Shown: positions 40,134-50,538, counted from the stretch's first letter. The stretch is DNA of 64,000 nt from an uncultured Chloroflexia bacterium (GCA_963728605.1 CAVSKS010000008.1:43329-107328); one strand, 5' to 3'. The notes: generated by a model from the letters alone, not told the origin. Translations and numbers: made by a program.

Positions 40134-41891
40134 TCAGCGGCTGGATCCCACCTGGGCCAGCTCGAGCAGACCTGCCAGTCCCGCCCGGGTCGCGACCGCA
40201 ACCACCTCCTCGTCGGGCGCGACCCGGTCGGCTGCGTCCGGGTGCCAGCGGAAGATCCCGGCCTCCGGGTCGCCGATTGCCAGCACCCGCACGGCAGCCG
40301 GCTGGTCGAGCGAGCCCACGGTCCGGCCCTCGAGCGCTGACCCGGTTGGGGCGACCACCCGGGCGAACAGCAGGACCCGCTGGTCGCCGACCGGCACGGT
40401 TGCCACGACATCGGAGCCGACGGCGGCCGCGGCGAAGGCCGGCGCCGCCAGGTGCGACACGCTCCTTGTGAACCGGATCCCGAACCCGCGCTGGACGCGG
40501 ATCGCGAACGCCGGGTCGTAGAGCCGGACGACGACCCGCAGATCGGGCCGCAGGTCGCGAGCGTTCAGGGCCGCTGACAGGTTGACCAGGTCGCTGCTCG
40601 TGGCGGCGACGACGGCCCGCGCCCGCCCCAGGCCCAGCTGGAGCAGCAGCTCGCGCTGCCGGGCATCGCCAGTGACCACGGGGATGTCGAGCGCCCGGGC
40701 CGCCGCCACGAACCGGCCGTTCTCGTCGGCCTCGATGGCGACTACCGGAACACCGCGCTCCTTGATGCCGATGGCCACCCGGTACCCGATCGAGCCGAGG
40801 CCGGCCACGATGACGTGGTCGTGGATGCTGGCCGGCACTGATCGACGACCGAGCGTCTGGAGCAGCCGTGACCGGATGATCGCGTCGGTGATGAGCGCGT
40901 AGACGACGGCCACGATCGCCGCGCCGACGAGGCTCAGGATCATCGCGTAGATCTTGAGCGCGGGCCCGGCCCGGGTCGGATCGAAGCTGGTCACGAGCGA
41001 GGCGCCGGTCAGCAGGGTGATGGCATACGACAGCGCGTCGAGTGGCGACAGACCGGACGTCAGCCAGAAGTACAGCGCGGAGGCCGCCGCCAGGAGCGCG
41101 AGCATCGCCCCGAACCGGACCAGCCGCCGTTCCGGCGAGGCGAGTCGGTCGCGGATGGCCCGCGGCGCGGCCCGCAGCCGATCGGCAGGCGAGGGCGTGG
41201 ACCGGCCGGTGGATGATGGCGCGGCCAGCTGATCCAGGTCCGTCGCCAGCCGTGGCTCGGCGACCTCGACGAGCATCAGCCCCGGCTCGTCGATGGCGGC
41301 ATCGGGCAGGAGGTCGACGGTCCGGTTGGGGTGCAGGCGGGCCAGCACGATCCGGTCGACGCCCTCGACCGCGGCCGGCAGCCCATCGCCATCGGTCGGC
41401 ACCGGCAGGGCGGTCAGCACCCGGCCACCGATCTCGAACCGCTCGCCCCCTTCGCCGTCGATCGCGGCCGACACGAAGGCGGGTGCCGCGACCGCCGACG
41501 ACGAGAGGGCGACGGCGTTCGGAAAGAGCGCCTGCAGCTGACGGGTCAGGTCGGCGTCGAACAACCGGATCACGATCCGGATCCGCGGGTTCAGCTCCTG
41601 GGCGACGAGCGCGGCATCGAGGTTGCCGAGATCGTCGTCGGTGGCGAGAACGATGGCCGCGGCGGACGGGACGTTGGCTTCCCGCTGGACTCGCTCGAGG
41701 CGGAAGTCACCGGCCACGATGGCGAGGTCGCCTAACCCGGCGTCGTCGGCGGCCTGCCTCGACGGGGCGACGATGACGACGCGCTCGTCGCGGCGACGCA
41801 GCTCGTCGACCGTCCGCAGCCCGAGATGATCGACGCCGCAGACGATGACGTGGTCAGCCGCGGGAACCGGTACCGAGGTGCTGCCCTCCAC
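40134..41891 (-). CDS. RCK/TrkA-N domain membrane protein (putative K+ channel/transport component)
   Basis: Two Rossmann-like RCK N-domains (VIVCGVDHLG, VIVAGLGSIG) flank a hydrophobic segment. Confidence 0.7.
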   Translation of the reverse strand: MEGSTSVPVPAADHVIVCGVDHLGLRTVDELRRRDERVVIVAPSRQAADDAGLGDLAIVAGDFRLERVQREANVPSAAAIVLATDDDLGNLDAALVAQELNPRIRIVIRLFDADLTRQLQALFPNAVALSSSAVAAPAFVSAAIDGEGGERFEIGGRVLTALPVPTDGDGLPAAVEGVDRIVLARLHPNRTVDLLPDAAIDEPGLMLVEVAEPRLATDLDQLAAPSSTGRSTPSPADRLRAAPRAIRDRLASPERRLVRFGAMLALLAAASALYFWLTSGLSPLDALSYAITLLTGASLVTSFDPTRAGPALKIYAMILSLVGAAIVAVVYALITDAIIRSRLLQTLGRRSVPASIHDHVIVAGLGSIGYRVAIGIKERGVPVVAIEADENGRFVAAARALDIPVVTGDARQRELLLQLGLGRARAVVAATSSDLVNLSAALNARDLRPDLRVVVRLYDPAFAIRVQRGFGIRFTRSVSHLAAPAFAAAAVGSDVVATVPVGDQRVLLFARVVAPTGSALEGRTVGSLDQPAAVRVLAIGDPEAGIFRWHPDAADRVAPDEEVVAVATRAGLAGLLELAQVGSSR

Positions 41892-41929
41892 GCCCGCAGT
41901 CTACGGTGGCGCCGATGGCCGGCGACCCC

Positions 41930-42940
41930 TCACGGAACGATCTTGTTCGCCTGCGTCGTCTTGGCGGCGTTGTACACGTCGAGGGTGTTCTGGTTGAACC
42001 TCGGACCGAACATCTTGCCGGGGTGCTCGTCGTAGCCGTAGGAGTTCAGCGAGGTGATCCGGCCGTAGCCGGTGGACGGGTCGAAGGCGCTGAACCACGG
42101 GCCACCGGACGCCCCGCCAGTCATGTTGCAGGGCACGCCCCAGGTCAGGCTGTTGGCCTGGGTGTCGTTGAACGTCCGACCCGAGCAATAGATCAGCTCG
42201 GTGTTGCCCTCGTACAGGTCCGCGGCCGGGTAGCCGAACAGGTACCGCTTCTCGCCGGTCGTGCCGGCGGTCGTCAACCGGAACGTGCCGACGGTGGCGT
42301 CGAGCTGGGTACCGCGATCGCCGGCCCCGACGACGGCGATCGCGAAGTCGTGCCGGACCGCTTGCAGGTTGAACCCGCTGGCGGATGCGAAGCCCTGGTG
42401 GACCACGAGATAAGTGGCGGTCCAGCACCCGTGGGCCGACTGGCCGCACGTGCCGGGGTGGGCGTCGTACTCCGGGACGAACAGCCAATCGGTAGCAAAT
42501 CCGACGCTCACGTCATACGCGCAGTGGCCGGCGGTCAGGACCAGCGATCTGGCGGTCAGCGTGCTGCTGTCGGTTACGACCGACCCGGAGCACACGAACA
42601 TCTGGCTGCCCAGCCGGAAGAACACCTTGCCGGTTGCCCGGTAGGCACGCCCCAGGCCGTTGGGCCACTCGCCTCCGGGCTGATACCCGATGCCCAGGTG
42701 ACGGGTCCCCAACGTGACCGTCCCGTCGCTCGCGAGCACGGGGTCACGCGGCACCGCCGCCCGCATCCGGGCCGGGGTCCAGAAGGCCACGGTCCGAGCC
42801 CGCGCGGCATCGCCGTGTCGAGCGGGGCTGACGGCCGACGTCCCACCCTTGCCGGCCTGGACGACCCACGCCGGCAGGGCCATGGTGAGGGTGACCAGGA
42901 GGACCACTGCAACCGATCGACGGCGTCGCCCCCCGGTCAC
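41930..42940 (-). CDS. secreted trypsin-like serine protease (S1 family), paralog 1
   Basis: LTAGHC, DFAIAVV and GGASGGPW catalytic-triad contexts. Arg-rich signal peptide from GTG 42940. Confidence 0.75.
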   Translation of the reverse strand: MTGGRRRRSVAVVLLVTLTMALPAWVVQAGKGGTSAVSPARHGDAARARTVAFWTPARMRAAVPRDPVLASDGTVTLGTRHLGIGYQPGGEWPNGLGRAYRATGKVFFRLGSQMFVCSGSVVTDSSTLTARSLVLTAGHCAYDVSVGFATDWLFVPEYDAHPGTCGQSAHGCWTATYLVVHQGFASASGFNLQAVRHDFAIAVVGAGDRGTQLDATVGTFRLTTAGTTGEKRYLFGYPAADLYEGNTELIYCSGRTFNDTQANSLTWGVPCNMTGGASGGPWFSAFDPSTGYGRITSLNSYGYDEHPGKMFGPRFNQNTLDVYNAAKTTQANKIVP

Positions 42941-42969
42941 CCCGAGCTGCCTCGTTGGCGCGATGCGGC

Positions 42970-43953
42970 TCAGTTCACGACCGTGTTGGTCGTGGCGGTC
43001 TTGGCGGCGTTGTACACGTCGGTCGTGTCCTCGTTGAACTTGGGACCGTGCATCGCCCGGACGCCGGAGTAGCCGTACGAGTTGAGCGAACTCAGCTGGC
43101 CCACCCCGCTGCTCTCGGTGAAGGTGCGCAGCCACGGCCCGCCGGACGAGCCGCCGGTCATGTCGCACGTCATGCCCCAGGTGAGGTCGTCGTTGTACGG
43201 GTCCTCGAAGATGTTGCCGGCGCAGTACGTCAGGTTGTTGCCCTTGTACTTGCCCGCTGCCGGATAGCCAAAGGCGTAGCGCTTCTCGCCGTTGCTCCCC
43301 GCGGTCGTCACGTCGTACGCCCCGGCGGCGGCGTCGAGCTGGGTGCCCTTGGTCCCGGTCCCGACGACGGCAAAGGCGAAGTCATGGACCGTGGCCTGGG
43401 TGTTGAAGCCACCGGCGGTGGCATAGCCGTTGTGCACGGTCAGCGCCGACGCGGTCCAGCAGCCGAACGGTGAACCGCCACAGACGCTGGGCGGGCTGCC
43501 CGAAAGGCCGTCGTACTGCGGGACGAACATCCAGTTCGTAGCGAACCGCCGGGCAACCTCGTCGTAGGCGCAGTGGCCGGCGGTCAGCACGAGCGACCGC
43601 CCGTTGGTGGTGCTGCCGTCGGTCGCGACGGCTCCGGAGCAGACCCAGTTCGAGCCGGCCATCGAGAAGAAGACCTTGCCGACGGTCCGATAGACCTGGC
43701 CCTGGCCGTTCGGCCAGGCGGCGCCGGCGACCGACCCACCGCCGCTCGGCGGCCTTGCGAACGGACGGAACTCGCCATTCGAGTCGCGGACGAAGTCGCG
43801 CGGCGTGGCCGACGCAATTCGCTGGGCTGTCCAGTAAGCCACGACGCGCTCATGGTCGGAGCGCGCTCCCGTCCCGGCCAGGGCCGGGGCGGCAGCGGGC
43901 AACGCCGCGAGCAGGAGGATGAGGCCGAGGGCAAGCGACGGACGCTTATGCAT
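42970..43953 (-). CDS. secreted trypsin-like serine protease (S1 family), paralog 2
   Basis: LTAGHC, DFAFAVV and GGSSGGPW. Colinear similarity to the neighbouring gene. ATG 43953. Confidence 0.75.
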   Translation of the reverse strand: MHKRPSLALGLILLLAALPAAAPALAGTGARSDHERVVAYWTAQRIASATPRDFVRDSNGEFRPFARPPSGGGSVAGAAWPNGQGQVYRTVGKVFFSMAGSNWVCSGAVATDGSTTNGRSLVLTAGHCAYDEVARRFATNWMFVPQYDGLSGSPPSVCGGSPFGCWTASALTVHNGYATAGGFNTQATVHDFAFAVVGTGTKGTQLDAAAGAYDVTTAGSNGEKRYAFGYPAAGKYKGNNLTYCAGNIFEDPYNDDLTWGMTCDMTGGSSGGPWLRTFTESSGVGQLSSLNSYGYSGVRAMHGPKFNEDTTDVYNAAKTATTNTVVN

Positions 43954-44065
43954 CAACTTGATCTCCGGATTTCGCGGGCTTGGACTGTGTTGCCCTGCAT
44001 ACTCCGCCCGACGGTCCGCGGTCAAGCCGAACGGTGTCCCATGTCAACGCCCCGCGGGGTTTCGG

Positions 44066-44500
44066 TCAGCGGCGAGCGCCGCCCCGCCGCTGCGCGGCAT
44101 CGTGTGCCTGGCGGTACTCGTCGCGGAGGAGCGCCGCACGATCGGCGGCGGTCTCCGCCTCGACCGAACCGGGCACCGCCTCCTGGACCTGCCGCTCCGC
44201 GTCGCGCCACTCGGCGAGGATCACGTGAATCTCACGAGGGGTCGCGTCGATCGAATCCAGCGGGGCCTCGGGGTTCGATTCCTCGACGAGCCCTTCGATC
44301 GTGGTGCTGAGCTGGCGCTGGCGGACCGTGGCCCCGAACAACCGGGCTGCGATGACCTCGATCCGCTCGGCGAGGGCGAGCAGATGCGGGTCACCAGGCT
44401 GGAGCGACCGCTTCTCCTCTTCGAGCTCGGTGAGATCGGCGAGGTCCCGCATCAGCGCGTCCGACGTCGCCCGCAGCGCGTTCCCGATTTCCGACACCAC
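44066..44500 (-). CDS. hypothetical helical/coiled-coil protein
   Basis: GTG 44500 lies after GGGAG. ATG 44560 is the alternative. No motif recognised. Confidence 0.4.
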   Translation of the reverse strand: MVSEIGNALRATSDALMRDLADLTELEEEKRSLQPGDPHLLALAERIEVIAARLFGATVRQRQLSTTIEGLVEESNPEAPLDSIDATPREIHVILAEWRDAERQVQEAVPGSVEAETAADRAALLRDEYRQAHDAAQRRGGARR

Positions 44501-44695
44501 GTCCCCGCTCCCTTCCCCGCGTCCCCCCGGCAGGTCGGACGATAGCGGCCGGACCGGCATCGTGCCCGGGAACGTTGCCACCGGGCATCGCCATCGAACG
44601 TAGCGCGGATCCGGGCCTCCCGCCCTGCCGTACCGTAGGTCAGGCGCAAGCCTCGTCGCCCGCTGCCCCGGCGACCCCATGGAAGGATTGCCTCG

Positions 44696-45613
44696 ATGTC
44701 CCCACGATGTGCCCCATTGCTCCTTGCGACCGCACTGGCCGGCCTCCTCGCGACGGCGCCGGTGGCGGCCGCGCCGTTCCCAGCCCGGATCGACCTGCCA
44801 CCGGGATTCATGCCCGAGGGGATCACCAGCGGGCCCGGGTTGACGGCCTACGTCGGCTCGCTGGCGGGTGGCGCCATCTGGCGCGGCAGCCTCCTGACCG
44901 GTCAGGGGGAGACGTTCGTGGAGGCGACCGGCGAAGTCGCCGTCGGAACGGAATACGAGGCCGGGGCCAACCGATTGTGGGTCGCCGGTGGGCCGCCCGG
45001 TGAGGTCCGCGTGTACGACGCGTCCAGCGGCGCGCTCCTCGCGGACTACCAGTTCGAGCCCGGGTTCCTCAACGACCTCGTGGTGACCGACACGGCGGCA
45101 TACGTGACCGATTCATTCCATTCCTGGCTGGACGTGATCCCGCTGGGCCCGGATGGCCAGCTGCCGCCCGACGACGCGGCGACCACCCTTCCGGTGACGG
45201 GGATCACCTTCGGCCCGGGGTTCAACCTCAACGGCATCGTGGAGATCCATGGCTGGCTCGTGGTCGTCAAGTCGGGGACCGGGGAGCTGTTCCGGATCGA
45301 TCCAGCGACCGGCGCGGCGTCGGAGATCGTGACCGACAGGTTCGACGTCACGACCGGCGATGGCCTGGAGACCAACGGGTCGACCCTGTACGTCGTCCGC
45401 AACGGCGCCGATCCGGCCCGGGTCGCCGTGCTGGATCCCGCCCCCGACCTCTCATCGGCCGTCCTTGTCGGTGAGATCTTCTCCGACGGCTTCGACGTCC
45501 CGACGACGGCGACCTTCGCGGCCGGTCGGCTGTGGGTGTCGAACGCCAGGTTCGGGACGCAGGATCCCCAACCCGCGCCCTACTGGATCACCCGGGTTTC
45601 GGCCCGGCCCTGA
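44696..45613 (+). CDS. secreted beta-propeller-like protein (SGL/strictosidine-synthase-like fold suspected)
   Basis: Signal peptide, then repeated short beta-strand/turn periodicity (YVTD, LYVV, LWVSN). Confidence 0.55.
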   Translation: MSPRCAPLLLATALAGLLATAPVAAAPFPARIDLPPGFMPEGITSGPGLTAYVGSLAGGAIWRGSLLTGQGETFVEATGEVAVGTEYEAGANRLWVAGGPPGEVRVYDASSGALLADYQFEPGFLNDLVVTDTAAYVTDSFHSWLDVIPLGPDGQLPPDDAATTLPVTGITFGPGFNLNGIVEIHGWLVVVKSGTGELFRIDPATGAASEIVTDRFDVTTGDGLETNGSTLYVVRNGADPARVAVLDPAPDLSSAVLVGEIFSDGFDVPTTATFAAGRLWVSNARFGTQDPQPAPYWITRVSARP

Positions 45614-45631
45614 CCCGTCGCGGCCTGGCGG

Positions 45632-46261
45632 TCAGGCGCCGTCGGTCGTCAGCGGATCGGTCGACCGCCATGGGCCGAGGACGTAGGGTTCGGCCGGCCA
45701 GGTGGCCGTCGCGCCGACGATCGTGAATGCCCCCGCCTCGAGCCGTTCGAGGACCAGGCCGACCAGGCCCGCCTGCAGGTCGATCGCGATCCCTCCGGAG
45801 CTGTAGCAGACCTGGAGGGTGGGGTGGCAGCCGCCGGCCGCCGAGGTCGGCGTCGAGATGATGCCGCCCAACTCGTTGACCTCGACGGTCTCGCCATCGA
45901 TCACGGTGCTGACCAGGACGCCTGGGGCGATGTCGCCGACTTCGACCAGGAATTCGAGCCGGTCGGTGGCCAGGTCGCCGTTGCCGCCGACCACGATCCG
46001 CCATGCCTTGGCCGACGGGTCAACGAGCTCGACGACGTAGCCCGGGCCGTCGAGCGAAACGGCGAGCTCCGGGTAGTCGGAGCCGGTGTTGCCCGTCGGT
46101 GGCAGCGTCCTCGGCGTCGCGCTGGGCCGTGGCGACGCCGGCTGGCCCGGCGTCTCGGACGGCGTGACGGTGGCGGGTGGGACCGTGCTCGCCGCACAGC
46201 CGGCTACGACGAGGGCGAGGACGGCAAGGGGCGTCAGGTGACGGCGGCGGGTTGCGTGCAC
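45632..46261 (-). CDS. hypothetical lipoprotein
   Basis: Lipobox LVVAGC followed by a Pro/Thr-rich linker. Confidence 0.55.
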   Translation of the reverse strand: MHATRRRHLTPLAVLALVVAGCAASTVPPATVTPSETPGQPASPRPSATPRTLPPTGNTGSDYPELAVSLDGPGYVVELVDPSAKAWRIVVGGNGDLATDRLEFLVEVGDIAPGVLVSTVIDGETVEVNELGGIISTPTSAAGGCHPTLQVCYSSGGIAIDLQAGLVGLVLERLEAGAFTIVGATATWPAEPYVLGPWRSTDPLTTDGA

Positions 46262-46342
46262 GGGGTGTGGTGCCTCGAATGGGGTTCGCTTGGACGGGGC
46301 GCATCGAATAGACGCGCGACGGGCCCACGCGGTTGCGCGAGC

Positions 46343-47896
46343 TCAGCGGCCGATCAGCAGGTCCACCGGTGCCATGTCGTCGGTCAGCAAGGGCGCGCCA
46401 TCGATGAAGTTGACGAAGTCGCCGCCGCCAACGAGCTGGGCGTCCAGGTCGCCGCGGGCGTCGAGTGCCAGCCGGATCGCCCCGGCATCCAGGTCGGCCT
46501 GTGAGGCCACCACTACGACGTTGCCGCCGCTGTCGCCGGACAGGCTCGATCGGGTCGCGATCACCACGACGTGGCCGAAGACCGACCGAAGCGTGGCGGC
46601 CTCTGCCCGGGTGAACCGGAGTGCCGGACCGTCGATCAGGTTCATGACGTAGCGCCCGTCCGGGGTCAGGACCCGGTCCACCTCGGCCAGGAACTCCCGG
46701 GTCGTCAGGTGCCAGGGCACGGACAGGCCGCCGAACGCGTCCCCGACGGCGACCGCCTGGCTATCGGTTGCGACCGATCGCAGCGACAGCCGGGCATCGC
46801 CGACGACGACCCGAATCCGATCGGTCTCGCTGAAGCCCATCTCCGCCTTGGCGGTCGCGAGGATGACCGGGTCCAGCTCCAGGACGGTGTGCCGGCTTGC
46901 CGGCCAGGTGGCCGCGAGGAAGCGCGGAAAGCTGAACCCACCGCCCCCCACGTGGACGACGTCGACGTCGCCGGCCGCGGCCGTGATCGGCCCCGAGACC
47001 GCATCGGTGAACCAGCGCAGGTACCGGAACTGCTGATCCAGCGGATCCCCGAGGTCGACGTGGGCATGCCGCAGCCCGTCGAGGACCAGGGTCCGGCCAT
47101 TCGGGTTCCCGGGGTCGGTGACCATTCGGATGCAGTAATAGGCGCTCTCGCGATCGCACAGCGTCGGCGTCGTCATCGCCCCGGCCAGGGTTACGACGGC
47201 GATCGCGGCGAGGATCGCCCCACCGCCACGCCCGCCATGGACCAACGCCACCAGCAGGCCCAGCAGCACCAGCAGCGCCCCGGTGCCAACGATCAGAACG
47301 CGGGTCGGCAGGAGGCCCAGCAGGACGAAGCCGGTCAGGAACGTGCCGACGATCGCGCCGGCCGTTCCGATGGCCGACAGCCGGCCGACCGTCGAGCCGC
47401 TCGTCCCGATCGAGACGATCGACGCCCGGACGATCATCGGGGCAACCGCGGACAGGACCGTCGCCGGGATGACGAAGCCGGCGGCCGCGAGGGTGACGAT
47501 CGCGATCAGGTCCTGGCCGATGCCCACCTCGCCGACATTGGCCACGATCGGCACCGAGGCGATCGCGGTAAGGCCGCCCGCGACGAGCGTCGGGCCGATG
47601 AGCCGGACCGGCGACCAGCGATCGGCCGCCCGGCCGCCGAGCCACGCCCCCAGCGAGATGCCGGCGAGGATGACCCCGATGATCCCGGTGTACGTCGTCA
47701 GCGACACGCCAACGTACGGCGCCAGGAGCCGGCCGGCGGCGATCTCGAGGACCAGCACGCAGCCGGCGGCGAGGAACGTCAGGACGGCGGCGGTCGCGGG
47801 GGCGAGTTGCGGCTTCGGGGCGGTGGGTGGGGGAGGTGAGGAGGCCATCGGCGAATTGAACCAGAGTGACGGGTCGGGACACGACGAATGGGTCAT
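46343..47896 (-). CDS. fused polytopic membrane domain / spermidine-synthase-like methyltransferase-fold protein
   Basis: N-terminal ~7 TM helices, then VVHVGGGGFSFPR, VGDA and DAFGG..VPWHLTT motifs. The start may be 47848. Confidence 0.7.
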   Translation of the reverse strand: MTHSSCPDPSLWFNSPMASSPPPPTAPKPQLAPATAAVLTFLAAGCVLVLEIAAGRLLAPYVGVSLTTYTGIIGVILAGISLGAWLGGRAADRWSPVRLIGPTLVAGGLTAIASVPIVANVGEVGIGQDLIAIVTLAAAGFVIPATVLSAVAPMIVRASIVSIGTSGSTVGRLSAIGTAGAIVGTFLTGFVLLGLLPTRVLIVGTGALLVLLGLLVALVHGGRGGGAILAAIAVVTLAGAMTTPTLCDRESAYYCIRMVTDPGNPNGRTLVLDGLRHAHVDLGDPLDQQFRYLRWFTDAVSGPITAAAGDVDVVHVGGGGFSFPRFLAATWPASRHTVLELDPVILATAKAEMGFSETDRIRVVVGDARLSLRSVATDSQAVAVGDAFGGLSVPWHLTTREFLAEVDRVLTPDGRYVMNLIDGPALRFTRAEAATLRSVFGHVVVIATRSSLSGDSGGNVVVVASQADLDAGAIRLALDARGDLDAQLVGGGDFVNFIDGAPLLTDDMAPVDLLIGR

Positions 47897-47935
47897 GCAG
47901 TCGGCTCTTCCGATGTTTCATATTCCGCGGCAGGG

Positions 47936-48985
47936 ATGCGACGACCCGTCACCGCCGTCATCGCCGCTGTCACCGTCCTCGCCATGGTTGGTGCCGTGCT
48001 GCCCGCCGCCGCGGCCGGCCGGACCTTCTATGTCGCCACGAACGGCGACAACGCCGCGGCCGGGACCCAATCCGCCCCCTGGCAATCGATCTACTGGGCG
48101 ATCCGGCGGGCGAGGCCGGGTGACACGATCATCGTCCGCGGTGGCACGTACCGCGAGGCCGTGGGCTATGGCGCCGTGCCCGGTACCGCCACGGCCCCGA
48201 TCCGACTCCAGAGCGAGCGATACGAGCGGGTCGTCCTCATGGGCACGATCCAGCTCGAAAACGCCGACTACTGGACGATCAAGGGAATCAACGTCACCTA
48301 CAACCCCGACCAGGGCCGCCGCGAGTTCCTCGTCAAGTTCGACGGCGGCACCGGCTGGGCGTTCGCCTATGCCGAGGTCTGGGGCACGCGCGGCGTGTCG
48401 AACCTCATGGTCATCGGCTCAGCGAAGCACGGCCCCGCCACCGACTACCGGATCGTCGGCAACTGCATCCACGACAACGATGCCCGGGGCGATCCATTCA
48501 TGAACGACCACAACCTGTACCTGATGCCGGGCTACGGCTCCGGCCCGGGTTTGATCGAGCGGAACATTTTCTTCAACGCCGAGAATGGGGCGAACATCAA
48601 GGCCGCCGGCAACACCTCGGCGACCGGTGCCGGCAACGTCGTCATCCGCTACAACACGATGGTCAGCAGCGCTGCCGGGGTGATCATCGGCTACGACACC
48701 CACCACGTGACGATGTGGAAGAACCTCATCGGCCGCCGGGTGGGTGGCAGCTCGAGCTACAACGCCGGGATCCTGGGCAACCACGTCCACGGCTACAAGA
48801 ACGTGTCGGCCCACTCGGCGGTCTGGGGCTTCCCGAAGTCTGTCCGCTCGACGCTCGACAGCAAGCGCCCGATCGCGTCCAGGGACACGGTCTGGGTCAA
48901 CCCGATGATGGATTCGATCTCCCAGTGCTCGGGCTTCCACCCGACCAACCCGACCGCGAATGGCTACGGGCGCTTCGCGCCCTGA
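47936..48985 (+). CDS. secreted right-handed parallel beta-helix (pectate-lyase-fold, DUF1565-like N-terminus) protein
   Basis: Signal peptide, then FYVATNGDNAAAGTQSAPWQSI..A...A.PGDTIIVRGGTY. Confidence 0.65.
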   Translation: MRRPVTAVIAAVTVLAMVGAVLPAAAAGRTFYVATNGDNAAAGTQSAPWQSIYWAIRRARPGDTIIVRGGTYREAVGYGAVPGTATAPIRLQSERYERVVLMGTIQLENADYWTIKGINVTYNPDQGRREFLVKFDGGTGWAFAYAEVWGTRGVSNLMVIGSAKHGPATDYRIVGNCIHDNDARGDPFMNDHNLYLMPGYGSGPGLIERNIFFNAENGANIKAAGNTSATGAGNVVIRYNTMVSSAAGVIIGYDTHHVTMWKNLIGRRVGGSSSYNAGILGNHVHGYKNVSAHSAVWGFPKSVRSTLDSKRPIASRDTVWVNPMMDSISQCSGFHPTNPTANGYGRFAP

Positions 48986-49971
48986 GCCGCGCGGTCCAGG
49001 GCCTGCTGGGCCTCGGCCACAATTCGGCGGACGATCTCCGCGGCTGGTAGCACATCGCGGATGAGCGCCGCGCTCTGGCCGGCCCACAGCGACAGCGCCT
49101 CGATCTCGCCTTCCATCTCGACGGCCGGCGACGTCGAGGCGTAGCGGAGGATCGGCTCGCCGTCACGAGTCGCGAGGACGTCCGACTCGCCCGGCCGATC
49201 GGTCGCCGGCCTGCCGGCAGCCTCCCAGGCGTCCGTCGTGCTGTTTCGGAGGGTGCGGTGGGCGGCATCCGGCCAGCCCAGGTCGAAGGCCTGCGAGTGC
49301 AGGGTCCCGGTGTCGGTGGCGGCGGCGATGAGGCCCTGGTAGTGCGGGTGGGCCTGCGTCTCGCTGGCCATCACGAAGCGGGTCCCCATCCACGCCCCGG
49401 CCGCACCGAGAGCCAGCGCCGCGGCGAGACCGCGGCCGTCGGCGATCCCACCGGCGGCCACGACCGGGACGGTCCCGACGGCGTCGCAAACGGCGGGTAC
49501 GAGGACCATCGTGGCAACCTCGCCACGGACATGCCCGCCCGCTTCCCAGCCCTGGGCGACGACGATGTCGACACCCTCGTCGACCGACCGCCTGGCCTGG
49601 TCGACCGAGCCGACGGTGTTCATGACGATCGCGCCGCCGGCGTGCGCCAGCGGCACCAGCGGTCCCGGCTCACCCCAATGGAACGAGACGATCGGTACGC
49701 CCGCGTCGAGCAACCAGCCCAGGCGCTCCTCCTGCGGCCAGGCCAGGATCAGGTTGACCCCGAACGGACGATCGGTGAGCTGCCGGGTGCGAGCCACCGT
49801 GGCGGTGACCGTCTCGCGATCGGCCCAGGTGAGGCTGAGCATGCCGAGTGCGCCGGCATTGCTGACCGCCGCTGCGAGCTCCGGTCGGGCGAGGCCGCCG
49901 ATCGGCGCCTGGACGATCGGGACGTCGATCCCGGCCATGCGACACAGCGACGTGTCGAATGAGGACTCCAT
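48964..49971 (-). CDS. nitronate monooxygenase / 2-nitropropane dioxygenase-like FMN enzyme
   Basis: IVQAPIGG, AQGWEAGGH and AAGGIADGRG motifs. Confidence 0.8.
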   Translation of the reverse strand: MESSFDTSLCRMAGIDVPIVQAPIGGLARPELAAAVSNAGALGMLSLTWADRETVTATVARTRQLTDRPFGVNLILAWPQEERLGWLLDAGVPIVSFHWGEPGPLVPLAHAGGAIVMNTVGSVDQARRSVDEGVDIVVAQGWEAGGHVRGEVATMVLVPAVCDAVGTVPVVAAGGIADGRGLAAALALGAAGAWMGTRFVMASETQAHPHYQGLIAAATDTGTLHSQAFDLGWPDAAHRTLRNSTTDAWEAAGRPATDRPGESDVLATRDGEPILRYASTSPAVEMEGEIEALSLWAGQSAALIRDVLPAAEIVRRIVAEAQQALDRAAQGAKRP

Positions 49972-50040
49972 CGGAGGCACGATACGCCGGCCCGCAGGAC
50001 TGAGGGAGCCTCGATGAGACCCCCTCAGTCGGCGCGAGGT

Positions 50041-50484
50041 CTACGGACAGCCCATGACGTCGATGTCGGAGTGATCAACGCGGATGGTGCCGTCAGCGTC
50101 GACCACGAACGTGCTCCGCTCGTGGATCCGGACGGGACCCTCGAACGTGTTGGCGACAAAGGAAAGCGTGAACGTGCCCCCCGGCGTCGCCTGGACATTC
50201 GTGACGCTCACGATCCTCGCCTCCCAGACGCCCTTGGACGTGTCGACGAACGTCACCGTGTAGGTGCCACGGGAGACGATCTGGAAGTGGAAAACGTCGT
50301 CACTCACGTCGACGCTGGTGAACGAGCCTTCGGTCACGAAGTGGAAGTCCGCCAGGTCGTTGCAGATGTTGACGACGCCGAGGTCGGCTCCGGTGGTCGC
50401 GAATTGCTGATGGACGACCTGCGGCCTTCCGGCGGCCAGCGTCGGGGCCGGGACGGCCGCCAGGACGACCGCCAGTACGATCAA
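50041..50484 (-). CDS. small secreted hypothetical protein (start region problematic)
   Basis: The hydrophobic signal-like N-terminus starts at TTG 50484. An AAGGAG-preceded ATG at 50518 is in a different frame (see findings). Confidence 0.4.
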   Translation of the reverse strand: MIVLAVVLAAVPAPTLAAGRPQVVHQQFATTGADLGVVNICNDLADFHFVTEGSFTSVDVSDDVFHFQIVSRGTYTVTFVDTSKGVWEARIVSVTNVQATPGGTFTLSFVANTFEGPVRIHERSTFVVDADGTIRVDHSDIDVMGCP

Positions 50485-50538
50485 CGCGAAACGAAGGGCG
50501 CGCCGAATTCGAGCCCATGGTCTTGCTCCTTTCGATGC

